64,000 nt of DNA from an uncultured delta proteobacterium. GTDB lineage: Bacteria > Desulfobacterota > Binatia > Binatales > Binataceae. Below, in pieces: positions 8,424 to 16,895 of the stretch. A program made the translations under genes and the position numbers. The first letter of the stretch is position 1. Each line of letters starts with the position of its first letter. Below the pieces are notes generated by a model. It was not told the origin of the DNA. It made no database searches and saw nothing but the letters and a program-made list of their open reading frames with translations. The DNA lies in assembly GCA_963842085.1 (NCBI GenBank), contig CAWJET010000001.1, positions 192,001-256,000 on the forward strand, given 5' to 3'.

Positions 8424-10037
8424 TCAATCCGGATCGATCAACACGCCCGGATTGAGAATCGCGCGCGGATCGAGCGCCCGCTTCGCCGCTTTCAGCGCCA
8501 GCGCGAATCCGTCGGGACGCTGGCGGTCGTACCACGGCCGATGGTAGCGGCCGACCGCGTGGTGATGCGTGATCGTGCCGCCGAGCGCGATCAGCCGGTC
8601 TGACACCGCCGCCTTTATCTCGTCCCATTGCTCGATCTCGGTGCCGCGTTTGCCCGGCGCCAGCACTGTGTAGTACGGCGCGGGCCCGTCTGGATAAACG
8701 TGCGTGAATCGGCACGTGACCGTGCCCTTGCCGCACACCCGCGCGATCGCGTCGCGCGCACACTCCATCATATTGCGATGAAAGTCCGGAAAGCGCTCCC
8801 ACGTGATCGACGTCTCGAACGTGTCGCTCACCATCCCCATCGCGGCCACCGTGTCCATCAGGTACGGCGCGTTCAGAAACGCGTTGCGCCACGCGCCCGC
8901 CGATCCTTCGTGCGTTGCCTCGGCGTCGGTGCGAGTCTTCGCCGCGTCCGCCGGAATTTTCCCGCCGTGATCGGCGCAGCATTCAAGCGCGCGTTTCATC
9001 CACGGTTCCAGCGGATGGTCCGCGGACTCGAACGCCAGCACCAGCACCGCCTCCTCGCCGTTGCCGGCGCCGGAATTGAACGCCTCGCCTTCGTCGAGCA
9101 CGCGGCAGTTCGCGGGATAGAGCCCCGCCTGCGAAATCCGGCGCACCGCCTCCGCCGCTTTGATCATGCTCGGAAACGGCACTGATGCGCCCGCGCGAAA
9201 CGTCGGCCGATCCTGCAGCCGCATCCACGCCTCGGTGATGATGCCGAGAATCCCCTCCGAGCCGATGAACATCCGGTCCGGGCTTGGACCCGCGCCCGAG
9301 CCGGGCAGGCGCCGCGACTCGACGATTCCGGCCGGCGTCACTACGCGCAGCGATTCGACGAAGTCGTCGATATGCGTGTACAGCGTCGCGAAATGCCCGC
9401 CCGACCGCGTCGCGATCCATCCGCCGAGGGTAGAGAATTCGAACGATTGGGGAAAATGCCGAATGGTCAAGCCATGCGGCTTCAACTGCGCATCGAGCGC
9501 GGGACCATACACCCCGGCCTGGATCCGCGCCGCGCGCGAGACCTTGTCGACCTCGACCACTTTGTCCAGATGCATCAGATCGATCGACACCGCGCCGCGA
9601 TAGCGGTCGCCTTCCGGCGGCTCGACGCCGCCGACCACGCTCGAGCCGCCGCCGTATGGCACCGCCGCAATCTGCGCGCCGTCGCACCATTCGAGGACGC
9701 GAACCAGTTCTTTCTCATCGCGCGGAAACGCGACGACGTCGATCGGATTCGGATAGTAGCGCCGGAACGCCCGCCTGATATCGCGCGATCCCTTGCCGTA
9801 GGTATGCCCCGCGCGCTCGTGCGCGCTGGTCGAGCAAACCGCTTCGAGCGCCGACGGCGGCTTCACCCGCGGCGCGCGCAGATTCAGCTCGCTTTCCTTT
9901 GGCGCCGGCATGAGCTCGAGCGGCCCGAGTCCGAATCGCTTGGCCATTCGCTCAGCCATGTGCTTTTGCTGTTCCGGCGTCGGCCCCTGGTCCTCGTAGC
10001 CCCATCCCCAGAACTTTCGCTTGCGATTCTCGGCCAT
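8424..10037 (-). CDS. FAD-linked oxidoreductase (VAO/PCMH family, alkyl-DHAP synthase-like)
   Basis: PYGGGSSVVGG, HFPQSFEFSTLGGWIATRSGG, GSEGILGII, THHHAVG, LNPG. Confidence 0.88.
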   Translation of the reverse strand: MAENRKRKFWGWGYEDQGPTPEQQKHMAERMAKRFGLGPLELMPAPKESELNLRAPRVKPPSALEAVCSTSAHERAGHTYGKGSRDIRRAFRRYYPNPIDVVAFPRDEKELVRVLEWCDGAQIAAVPYGGGSSVVGGVEPPEGDRYRGAVSIDLMHLDKVVEVDKVSRAARIQAGVYGPALDAQLKPHGLTIRHFPQSFEFSTLGGWIATRSGGHFATLYTHIDDFVESLRVVTPAGIVESRRLPGSGAGPSPDRMFIGSEGILGIITEAWMRLQDRPTFRAGASVPFPSMIKAAEAVRRISQAGLYPANCRVLDEGEAFNSGAGNGEEAVLVLAFESADHPLEPWMKRALECCADHGGKIPADAAKTRTDAEATHEGSAGAWRNAFLNAPYLMDTVAAMGMVSDTFETSITWERFPDFHRNMMECARDAIARVCGKGTVTCRFTHVYPDGPAPYYTVLAPGKRGTEIEQWDEIKAAVSDRLIALGGTITHHHAVGRYHRPWYDRQRPDGFALALKAAKRALDPRAILNPGVLIDPD

Positions 10038-10191
10038 CGGATTCGTCCTCGCGCTACTCGACGTTTTGCCTGACTGCGGCGATTTTGCGCCCGCCGCGCC
10101 CGCCAGGGCAAACAGTGAAACACCGATCATCGCTTGCGCGTAAACTGGCGGCGTCGTATCAGTCGAATTGTTCGTCGAGAGGAGATGCATC

Positions 10192-11079
10192 ATGGCCGGC
10201 AACGACATGAAAATTTCCGCCGCGGATCCGCATCCGCGCAAAAAACTCGAGCTCATCAACACCTGGATTTCCTACGCCGACACCGGCGCCGGCGATCCGA
10301 TCGTTTTTCTCCACGGCAATCCGACCTCGTCGTACCTGTGGCGCAACATCATTCCGCACCTCGCCCCGCGCGCGCGATGCGTCGCGCCTGACCTCATCGG
10401 GATGGGCGCATCGGGCCCGTCCGCCACCGGCGCCTATCGCTTCGCCGACCATTCAATGCACCTCGACGCGTTCTTCGAGGGCCTCAATCTCAAGCACAAC
10501 GTCACGCTGGTCGTGCACGACTGGGGCTCCGCGCTCGGCTTTCACTGGGCCGCGCGGCATCCCGAGGCCGTCAAGGGCATCGCCTACATGGAAGCGATCG
10601 TCAGGCCGCTGCAATGGTCGGAATGGTCGAAGCCGGCCGTCGAAATCTTCAAGGCGCTTCGCAGTCCGGCCGGCGACGACATGATTCTGAACAAAAATAT
10701 TTTCGTCGAGCGCATCCTGCCCGGCAGCATCATTCGCAAGCTTGGCGACGACGAAATGAACGTGTATCGAAAGCCTTACTTGCAGCCCGGCGAGTCGCGC
10801 CGACCGACGCTCACCTGGCCGCGCGAAATTCCTCTGGACGGCGAGCCCGCGGATGTCGTCGCAATCGTCAGCAGCTATTCGAAGTGGCTTGAAAAGAGCG
10901 CGACGCCGAAGTTGTTCGTCAACGCCGACCCCGGCGCCATTCTGACCGGCGCGCAGCGCGAGTACTGCCGGACTTGGCCCAATCAGCGCGAGGTGACGGT
11001 CAACGGCGTCCATTTCATCCAGGAAGACTCGCCGCACGAGAGCGGCCGCGCGCTCGCCGACTGGTACAAATCGCTCTGA
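10192..11079 (+). CDS. Haloalkane dehalogenase
   Basis: HGNPTSSYLWRNI, APDLIGMG, HDWGSALG, LTWPREIP, HFIQEDSP. Confidence 0.92.
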   Translation: MAGNDMKISAADPHPRKKLELINTWISYADTGAGDPIVFLHGNPTSSYLWRNIIPHLAPRARCVAPDLIGMGASGPSATGAYRFADHSMHLDAFFEGLNLKHNVTLVVHDWGSALGFHWAARHPEAVKGIAYMEAIVRPLQWSEWSKPAVEIFKALRSPAGDDMILNKNIFVERILPGSIIRKLGDDEMNVYRKPYLQPGESRRPTLTWPREIPLDGEPADVVAIVSSYSKWLEKSATPKLFVNADPGAILTGAQREYCRTWPNQREVTVNGVHFIQEDSPHESGRALADWYKSL

Positions 11080-11106
11080 AAAACAGCCGGAGTCGGCACT
11101 GGCCAT

Positions 11107-11862
11107 TCAGGCTTTCGGCTGCAATGCTTTTTTGGCGCGGCGAAGAACTCTGCGAGTCAGCCTCCGCACCCGCGTCGCAGGCCCGACAGATCGGGCACCG
11201 GCCACCGACATGTAGACCCATTCGGACTCAAGCCCCCGCGGGACCTCCTCGCAGTCCGCCAACGCCGGATTGGCGGCGGTTGCCTCGGGCGATGCGAACA
11301 GAACCATATTTTGACGATACCACCAGGCCACACGCCGGTCGTCGCGAAGTTTCGGCCGGAGTGGATCAAGCATTCTGAATCCGAACTCTTCAAAAATTTT
11401 CCGCCAGTGGGACAACGGCTGGCAGTTGATGTGTCCCCCCCGCCCTTCCCCCTGGCCGGGAGGCGCCGCGGAGAACAGCACTTGCGGCGCCGCCAAGGTA
11501 AGCTGGCGCACCAAGTGCCGCGAATTGCGCGCCGGGAGATGTTCGGCAACCTCGAGGCAGACGGCTAAATCGAAGCGACCCGCTGGAATCTCGAACTCGC
11601 CGCTCAGATCGGTGGGACGAAAGCAATCGGCCGGAAACAGCAGCGTCGATGGCTTGAGATAGTCGCCGTCGAGTCCGACGATTTTCTCTATCCCCTGCGC
11701 CTTGAATTCGCTCAGCCACGCGCCGCGGCCGCAACCGACGTCCACCACACTCGCCGGATGAGTCAGCGCTGCCACCATCGGCACGACGACTCGAGCGGAA
11801 TCGCGCACGCGATCGCACTCATACATTTCTTCGGCGTAGTAGTTTTCCAGGCTTTTGCGCAT
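11107..11862 (-). CDS. Class I SAM-dependent methyltransferase
   Basis: DVGCGRG, FDLAVCLEVAEHL, FSAAPPGQG..HIN. Confidence 0.85.
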   Translation of the reverse strand: MRKSLENYYAEEMYECDRVRDSARVVVPMVAALTHPASVVDVGCGRGAWLSEFKAQGIEKIVGLDGDYLKPSTLLFPADCFRPTDLSGEFEIPAGRFDLAVCLEVAEHLPARNSRHLVRQLTLAAPQVLFSAAPPGQGEGRGGHINCQPLSHWRKIFEEFGFRMLDPLRPKLRDDRRVAWWYRQNMVLFASPEATAANPALADCEEVPRGLESEWVYMSVAGARSVGPATRVRRLTRRVLRRAKKALQPKA

Positions 11863-11948
11863 CGGATTCCGACCGTAATCTGTCTTGTACGTCGTCAGAA
11901 CCTTTTGGACAAGTCAGCATGGATTTAAGACCGATCGTTCACAGGCAC

Positions 11949-12004
11949 TTGACACTCATCGGCCCCCAATGTATTTAACTTGTAGGTTATTTAACTGAAT
12001 GGTT
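11949..12004 (+). promoter_or_regulatory. Sigma70-like promoter with tandem candidate ArsR operator
   Basis: TTGACA at 11949-11954, TATTTA at 11972 (17-nt spacer); 16-nt repeat TATTTAACT-N4-GGT at 11972 and 11988 overlapping the start codon. Confidence 0.6.
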
Positions 12005-12379
12005 CAGCAGCCCACATCGTCCGAACATCTCAACGCGACCTTCGCCGCCCTCGCCGACCCCACCCGCCGCGCGATCCTCGCCCGCCTCGCCTCGGGTGAG
12101 ACCTCCGTGTCCGAGCTGGCCGAGCCCTTCGAGATGAGCATGCCCGCCATCTCCAAGCACCTCAAGGTGCTGCAGCGCGCCGGTTTGATCGAGCGCGGCC
12201 GCGAGGCGCAATGGCGCCCGTGCCGGCTCGCCGCGGCTCCCCTCAAGGATGCGTCGGATTGGCTCGAGCGTTATCGCCGTTTCTGGGAGGAGAGCTTAGA
12301 TCGCCTCGAGGATTATCTGCACGAGTTGCAAAAGCGCGAACTGAAACAGAAAGAAACGAAAAACGGCCGCAAAAAATAG
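11999..12379 (+). CDS. ArsR/SmtB family transcriptional regulator
   Basis: FAALADPTRRAIL, ELAEPF..S.PAISKHLKVL..AGLI. Confidence 0.93.
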   Translation: MVQQPTSSEHLNATFAALADPTRRAILARLASGETSVSELAEPFEMSMPAISKHLKVLQRAGLIERGREAQWRPCRLAAAPLKDASDWLERYRRFWEESLDRLEDYLHELQKRELKQKETKNGRKK

Positions 12380-12388
12380 GAGAAAATC

Positions 12389-12802
12389 ATGCAACTCAAT
12401 CCCTATCTGAACTTCAACGGAAATTGCGCCGCCGCGTTCAAGTTCTACGAAAAGTTCCTCGGCGGCAAAATCGGCATGATCATGACGTTCGGCGAATCAC
12501 CGATGGCGGACCAGGTGCCGGCGGCACATCGCGACAAGGTCATGCACGCGCGCATCACCATCGGCGACCAGGTATTGATGGGCTCCGACGCTCCGCCCGA
12601 TCGCTACGAGCCGATGAAAGGTTTCTCTGTGTCTCTGGGCGTCGATACTGCCACCGAGGCCGAAAAAATCTTCAAAGCGCTGTCGGAGAAAGGCTCCGTG
12701 TCGATGCCGATACAGAAGACTTTCTGGGCCGAGCGCTTCGGCGCGCTGGTCGATCAATTCGGCACGCCCTGGATGATCAACTTCGAGGGAGCAGCGCAAT
12801 GA
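12389..12802 (+). CDS. VOC family protein (PhnB/YjdN-like)
   Basis: LNPYLNFNGNC..AFKFY, MHARI, TFWAERFG.LVDQFGTPWMIN. Confidence 0.92.
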   Translation: MQLNPYLNFNGNCAAAFKFYEKFLGGKIGMIMTFGESPMADQVPAAHRDKVMHARITIGDQVLMGSDAPPDRYEPMKGFSVSLGVDTATEAEKIFKALSEKGSVSMPIQKTFWAERFGALVDQFGTPWMINFEGAAQ

Positions 12803-13248
12803 CCGCCGCCGCCGAAGTAAGGACCGGCGATCGCGAGCTCACCATCACGCGCATCTTCGACGCGCCCCGCGCGCTCGTCTTCAACGCGTGGACTGAGCCC
12901 AAACACCTGATGCGCTGGTTCGCGCCCAACAACTTCACCGTGCCTGCCTGCGAGATGGATTTCCGCGCCGGCGGCAAGTTCCGCCTGTGCATGCGCGGCT
13001 TCGGCCAGGACCATTGGATGAACGGCGTCTTTCGCGAAATCGTCGAGCCTGAGCGGATCGTCTGGGCCGGCATGTTGGATAACGACACCAACGAAGTGCT
13101 CACCACGGTGACCTTCGCCGACCTTGGCGGCAAGACCAGGCTCACCGTGCATCAGACGTTCTCCATCGAAACCGACTCGACGCGCGGCGCGCGCCAGGGA
13201 TGGACCGAAACTTTGGAGCATCTCGCCGAGTTTCTCGCAACAGCCTGA
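12799..13248 (+). CDS. SRPBCC (AHSA1-like) domain protein
   Basis: ITRIFDAPRALVFNAWTEP, DFRAGG, EIVEPERIV, GWTETLEHLAEFL; ATGA overlap with upstream gene. Confidence 0.9.
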   Translation: MTAAAEVRTGDRELTITRIFDAPRALVFNAWTEPKHLMRWFAPNNFTVPACEMDFRAGGKFRLCMRGFGQDHWMNGVFREIVEPERIVWAGMLDNDTNEVLTTVTFADLGGKTRLTVHQTFSIETDSTRGARQGWTETLEHLAEFLATA

Positions 13249-13265
13249 CTACAGGGAGAAAAGCC

Positions 13266-13742
13266 ATGGGAGCAGCAAGTAATCTCGTCACCGAGCCTGC
13301 CGATCGCGTCCTCGTCATCACGCGCATCTTCGACGCGCCGCCAACCCTCGTCTTCAAGGCCTGGACCGAGCCCGAACACATGGCGCGCTGGTGGGGTCCG
13401 CGAGGCTTCACCAGCACGGTCCTCAAAAATGAACTGCGTCCGGGCGGCGCTTATCGAATCCACATGCGCGGCCCCGACAACGACGATCACTGGACGCAGG
13501 GCGTCTATCGCGAGGTCGTCCCGCCGGAGCGCCTCGTCATGGTCGGGAGCTGGGCGGATGCCGACGGCAATCCCACGCGCCCCGAAACGACGCTGACGCT
13601 GCTGTTCGAGGATGTCGGCGGCAAGACCAAACTCACATTGCACAATGCGGTCTTCGAGTCCGTCACGGCGCGCGACATGCACAACAGCGGATGGAGCAGC
13701 TCGCTTGACTGCCTCGCGGAGTACCTGGCGACCGCCAGATAG
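13266..13742 (+). CDS. SRPBCC (AHSA1-like) domain protein
   Basis: ITRIFDAPPTLVFKAWTEP..WWGPRGF, EVVPPERLV, GWSSSLDCLAEYL. Confidence 0.9.
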   Translation: MGAASNLVTEPADRVLVITRIFDAPPTLVFKAWTEPEHMARWWGPRGFTSTVLKNELRPGGAYRIHMRGPDNDDHWTQGVYREVVPPERLVMVGSWADADGNPTRPETTLTLLFEDVGGKTKLTLHNAVFESVTARDMHNSGWSSSLDCLAEYLATAR

Positions 13743-13768
13743 AGACGATACTTCTTCCGGAGGTGATT

Positions 13769-14893
13769 ATGGAACGCGCCAAATCAATCACGCCACAAAG
13801 CGGCGACCTGCTGGTGATCGTCGGGACCGTCAAGGGGGCGTTCATCTTCCGCAGCGATCGCAGCCGCCGCGAGTTCACAATCGCGGGACCCTACTTCAAA
13901 GGTCAGGCGGTTTACTCTACCGCCTATCTTCCGGATAAAAAGGCGCCGCGTATCCTGGTTGGAAACTGGAGTATGCATTGGGGCGCGCTCGTTAGCTGGT
14001 CCGACGATTTCGGCGCGAGCTGGCACGAACCGGAAGACGGCAACGTGAAGTTCCCGGCCGGCAGCGGTCTCTCGCTGAACGCGGTGTGGGCGCTCGAAGC
14101 CGCGCCGCTAATCGGCTCCGATGTGGTGTTCGCGGGCACCGATCCGGCGGCGCTTTATCGCTCCGACGATCGCGGCGAGACGTTTCATCCCGTCGAGTCG
14201 CTGCTCAACCATCCCGAGCGTCCGTACTGGATGCCAGGCGCCGGCGGTCTCTGCCTGCATACGATTCTGCCCGACCCCCGCGATCCGAAGCGCGTGATCG
14301 TCGGCATCTCGTCGGCCGGCGTTTATCGTACCGACGACGGCGGCGAGTCATGGACGCGCCGCAACCAGGGCGTGCGGATGGAAGGCGGGCCCCCGCACGC
14401 GCCGCATTTCGGTCCGCAATGCGCGCACAAGTTGCGTTTCGACGCCAAGAATCCCGCACGCATCTACCTGCAGAATCATCCCGGCGTTTACCGCAGCGAC
14501 GACGGCGGCGATTCGTGGATCGATATCCACGAGGGACTGCCGTCGGAGTTCGGCTTTCCGCTGGTCGCTCATCCGAGCCGCGCCGATACCGCGTATCTCA
14601 TTCCGCTCGAGTCCGACCAGTTTCGCGCCCCGATCGACGGCGCGATCAAGGTCTGGCGCACGCGCGACGCCGGCGCGTCATGGGAACCGCTCGGCAACGG
14701 ACTCCCACAGCACGACGCGTACTTCTCGGTGCTGCGCGACGCGTTCACGTCAGACAGCCTCAAGCCCGCGGGGCTGTACTTCGGCACGCGCGGCGGTCAA
14801 CTGTTCGCGTCGCGTGACGAGGGCGAAAGCTGGAATTCAATCGCCGATTGGCTGCCCGCGGTGCTGTGCGTCAGAGCCGTGGAGGTCGCCTGA
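13769..14893 (+). CDS. BNR/Asp-box repeat beta-propeller protein (sialidase-like)
   Basis: Repeated Asp-box motifs SDDFGASW, SDDRGETF, TDDGGESW, SDDGGDSW, TRDAGASW, SRDEGESW. Confidence 0.88.
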   Translation: MERAKSITPQSGDLLVIVGTVKGAFIFRSDRSRREFTIAGPYFKGQAVYSTAYLPDKKAPRILVGNWSMHWGALVSWSDDFGASWHEPEDGNVKFPAGSGLSLNAVWALEAAPLIGSDVVFAGTDPAALYRSDDRGETFHPVESLLNHPERPYWMPGAGGLCLHTILPDPRDPKRVIVGISSAGVYRTDDGGESWTRRNQGVRMEGGPPHAPHFGPQCAHKLRFDAKNPARIYLQNHPGVYRSDDGGDSWIDIHEGLPSEFGFPLVAHPSRADTAYLIPLESDQFRAPIDGAIKVWRTRDAGASWEPLGNGLPQHDAYFSVLRDAFTSDSLKPAGLYFGTRGGQLFASRDEGESWNSIADWLPAVLCVRAVEVA

Positions 14894-14901
14894 GTGCCGC
14901 G

Positions 14902-15186
14902 ATGCGTTTGCATCTGCCATCCGCTCTGCGCCGATGGGCCGGCGATAACGAGATCGTCGAGCTGCGGCTGCCGCTCGACGTGCGCATGTCGATCAGCGAG
15001 GCATTCGTGATGCTCGGCCGCGACTACCCCGCAATCCGCCAGCGCGTGCTCGACGATCAGAACAACATCCGCCGCCACGTCAACGTCTTCGTCGACGGCG
15101 AGAACGTGCGCTTCATGCAAGGCGCCGCAACCCAGGTTTCCGATGAATCCGAAGTGTGGATTTACCCTGCGCTCTCGGGTGGGTGA
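14902..15186 (+). CDS. MoaD/ThiS family ubiquitin-like protein
   Basis: RRHVNVFVDGENVR; C-terminal PALSGG di-glycine. Confidence 0.88.
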   Translation: MRLHLPSALRRWAGDNEIVELRLPLDVRMSISEAFVMLGRDYPAIRQRVLDDQNNIRRHVNVFVDGENVRFMQGAATQVSDESEVWIYPALSGG

Positions 15187-15268
15187 TTTGTCGATTTTGG
15201 GATCGGACGAACGACTATATGGCAGGACGATAAAAATTTTCGGACGTTGAAATAGCGAGGACGGACTA

Positions 15269-15517
15269 ATGCGAATCAGCAAGCATCACTTGGGTGTCGG
15301 CTTCGAGGTGTGGAACTCTCAACAGAGCTGGTTCTGGTTTGTCGAGAACACGAACCGCAACGGCATGATTGGCGCAGCCGCCAGCGAGTCCGACGCCATC
15401 CGCGACGCCCAGTCATCGATCGAAGAGCTTTCCAATTCGAATGTCCGGCCCGGCTGGGAGGGTGCGCTCGGAAAGCTCGCGCGGTATCTCGCTTCGGTCT
15501 GCGACACCGCCGCGTGA
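15269..15517 (+). CDS. Small hypothetical protein with an SRPBCC-like C-terminal helix
   Basis: GAGG RBS, 82 aa, C-terminus GWEGALGKLARYLA. Confidence 0.6.
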   Translation: MRISKHHLGVGFEVWNSQQSWFWFVENTNRNGMIGAAASESDAIRDAQSSIEELSNSNVRPGWEGALGKLARYLASVCDTAA

Positions 15518-15554
15518 CTACCAGTCCGAAGGAGAGCTTTGCGTAATTCTGTCT

Positions 15555-15631
15555 CCTCTCCCTGCAAGGGAGAGGATGAAGGTGAGGGTCCTGATACAGC
15601 GCGCGAGTTTTTCGTGCGCGATTCAGGATTC
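15555..15631. repeat. REP-like repeat family B, copy 2
   Basis: Aligns with 8321-8400. Confidence 0.8.
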
Positions 15632-15654
15632 CGCTCTTGCTAGGGGGGTTTGAA

Positions 15655-16542
15655 ATGCAGAGTCCGCAGGAGTACTACCGAGGCGCTGGTCCCATGACCG
15701 CTCTGGGAGCGCACGCGGACGAATTCCGCGCGCTGGCCCGCGACCTCGCATCGCTATGCGATGTCGTCCAAGGCGTGCTGATTCATCGCGACATCGCGCC
15801 CTGGCTGTACGGTCTCAAGTTGTCCGAAGCGCAGCGCGACGACGCGCACATCCGCCCGCTCGCGCAGATGCTGTCGCGCATTCACGCGCTCGACGCGCGC
15901 CCGCTCAGAGTCCCCCGCGATTTCGCCCAACGGATGCCCTGCGTCTGTCGTCATTTCTCGCTGATGCTCTGTTCTGTCCTGCGCGAACAGGGAACTCCCG
16001 CGCGCACGCGATGCGGTTTCGGCGCATACTTCACGCCGGGCAAGTTCGAAGACCATTGGGTATGCGAGTACTGGAACGCCGCCGAGTCGCGATGGATATT
16101 GGTGGACGCGCAGCTCGACGCGATTCAGCGCAAAGCATTGAAGGTCGATTTCAACCCGCTCGACGTGCCGCGCAACCGCTTCATCATCGCCGGCGACGCG
16201 TGGCAGCAATGCCGCTCCGGCCGCGCCGACGCAAGTCGTTTCGGCCTGTCCTATATCAATGAGAGCGGCTTGTGGTTCATCGCCGGCAACGTGCTCCGCG
16301 ACCTCGCCTCGCTCAACCGGATGGAAATGCTCCCGTGGGACGTCTGGGGCTTGATGGAGATGAATGACGCCGCGCTAACCGACGAGAAAAAAACGCTGCT
16401 CGATCGCGTCGCAGCACTCACGCTCGCCGGCGACGACGCGTTCTCCGAAGTCCGCGCAATCTACGAGTCCGAGGTTGGCCTGCGCGTGCCGCCGGTCGTC
16501 TTCAACGCGCTGCGCAACGCGCAGGAGAAGATCGCGAGCTAG
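15655..16542 (+). CDS. Transglutaminase-like domain protein
   Basis: CVCRHF, RCGFG.YF, EDHWVCEYW, LVDAQ (Cys-His-Asp triad). Confidence 0.85.
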   Translation: MQSPQEYYRGAGPMTALGAHADEFRALARDLASLCDVVQGVLIHRDIAPWLYGLKLSEAQRDDAHIRPLAQMLSRIHALDARPLRVPRDFAQRMPCVCRHFSLMLCSVLREQGTPARTRCGFGAYFTPGKFEDHWVCEYWNAAESRWILVDAQLDAIQRKALKVDFNPLDVPRNRFIIAGDAWQQCRSGRADASRFGLSYINESGLWFIAGNVLRDLASLNRMEMLPWDVWGLMEMNDAALTDEKKTLLDRVAALTLAGDDAFSEVRAIYESEVGLRVPPVVFNALRNAQEKIAS

Positions 16543-16576
16543 GATTCACTTGGTCGTTTGGTCAAGACGACTTGTT

Positions 16577-16610
16577 TGTCATTCAGAGCCGCTGCGGCGG
16601 AGAATCCCGG
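16577..16610. repeat. REP-like repeat family C, single unit
   Basis: TGTCATTCAGAGC...AGAATCCCGG, same as one arm of 41895-41993. Confidence 0.75.
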
Positions 16611-16732
16611 ACCGTCTGTTTTCCGATCGAACTCCGCTCTCAACTTCATAGCGGCCTTCGACTGTAGCTTTATCCGCCTCGCTATCTTAGCCGACTGCGG
16701 CTCATGCCACAGCGCCCTGCCTTTCCCTTAAC

Positions 16733-16846
16733 AAGTTCTAACAGGGACGAAAGTCCCGCATCTTCTCTTGTCACCGGGTGCAGGGGTCACCCCTGCCGAA
16801 GGAAGCGTGAAACCCACCGCGCGGGTTTCACATTCAATTAAGTTCC
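16733..16846. repeat. Intergenic multi-hairpin repeat family A, copy 2
   Basis: GGGAC-GAAA-GTCCC, GCAGGGG-TCA-CCCCTGC, GTGAAACCC..GGGTTTCAC; AAGTTC at both ends. Confidence 0.85.
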
Positions 16847-16895
16847 TCCGCTAGCGCGGCGGCGTTGCCCGAGGCCTGGCACTATCCTCCCTGCC

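Noticed and set aside
16733-16846. Hammerhead ribozyme or tRNA interpretation of repeat family A
   Set aside because: Has a GAAA-capped stem but lacks the CUGAUGA core and any cloverleaf or T-loop features.
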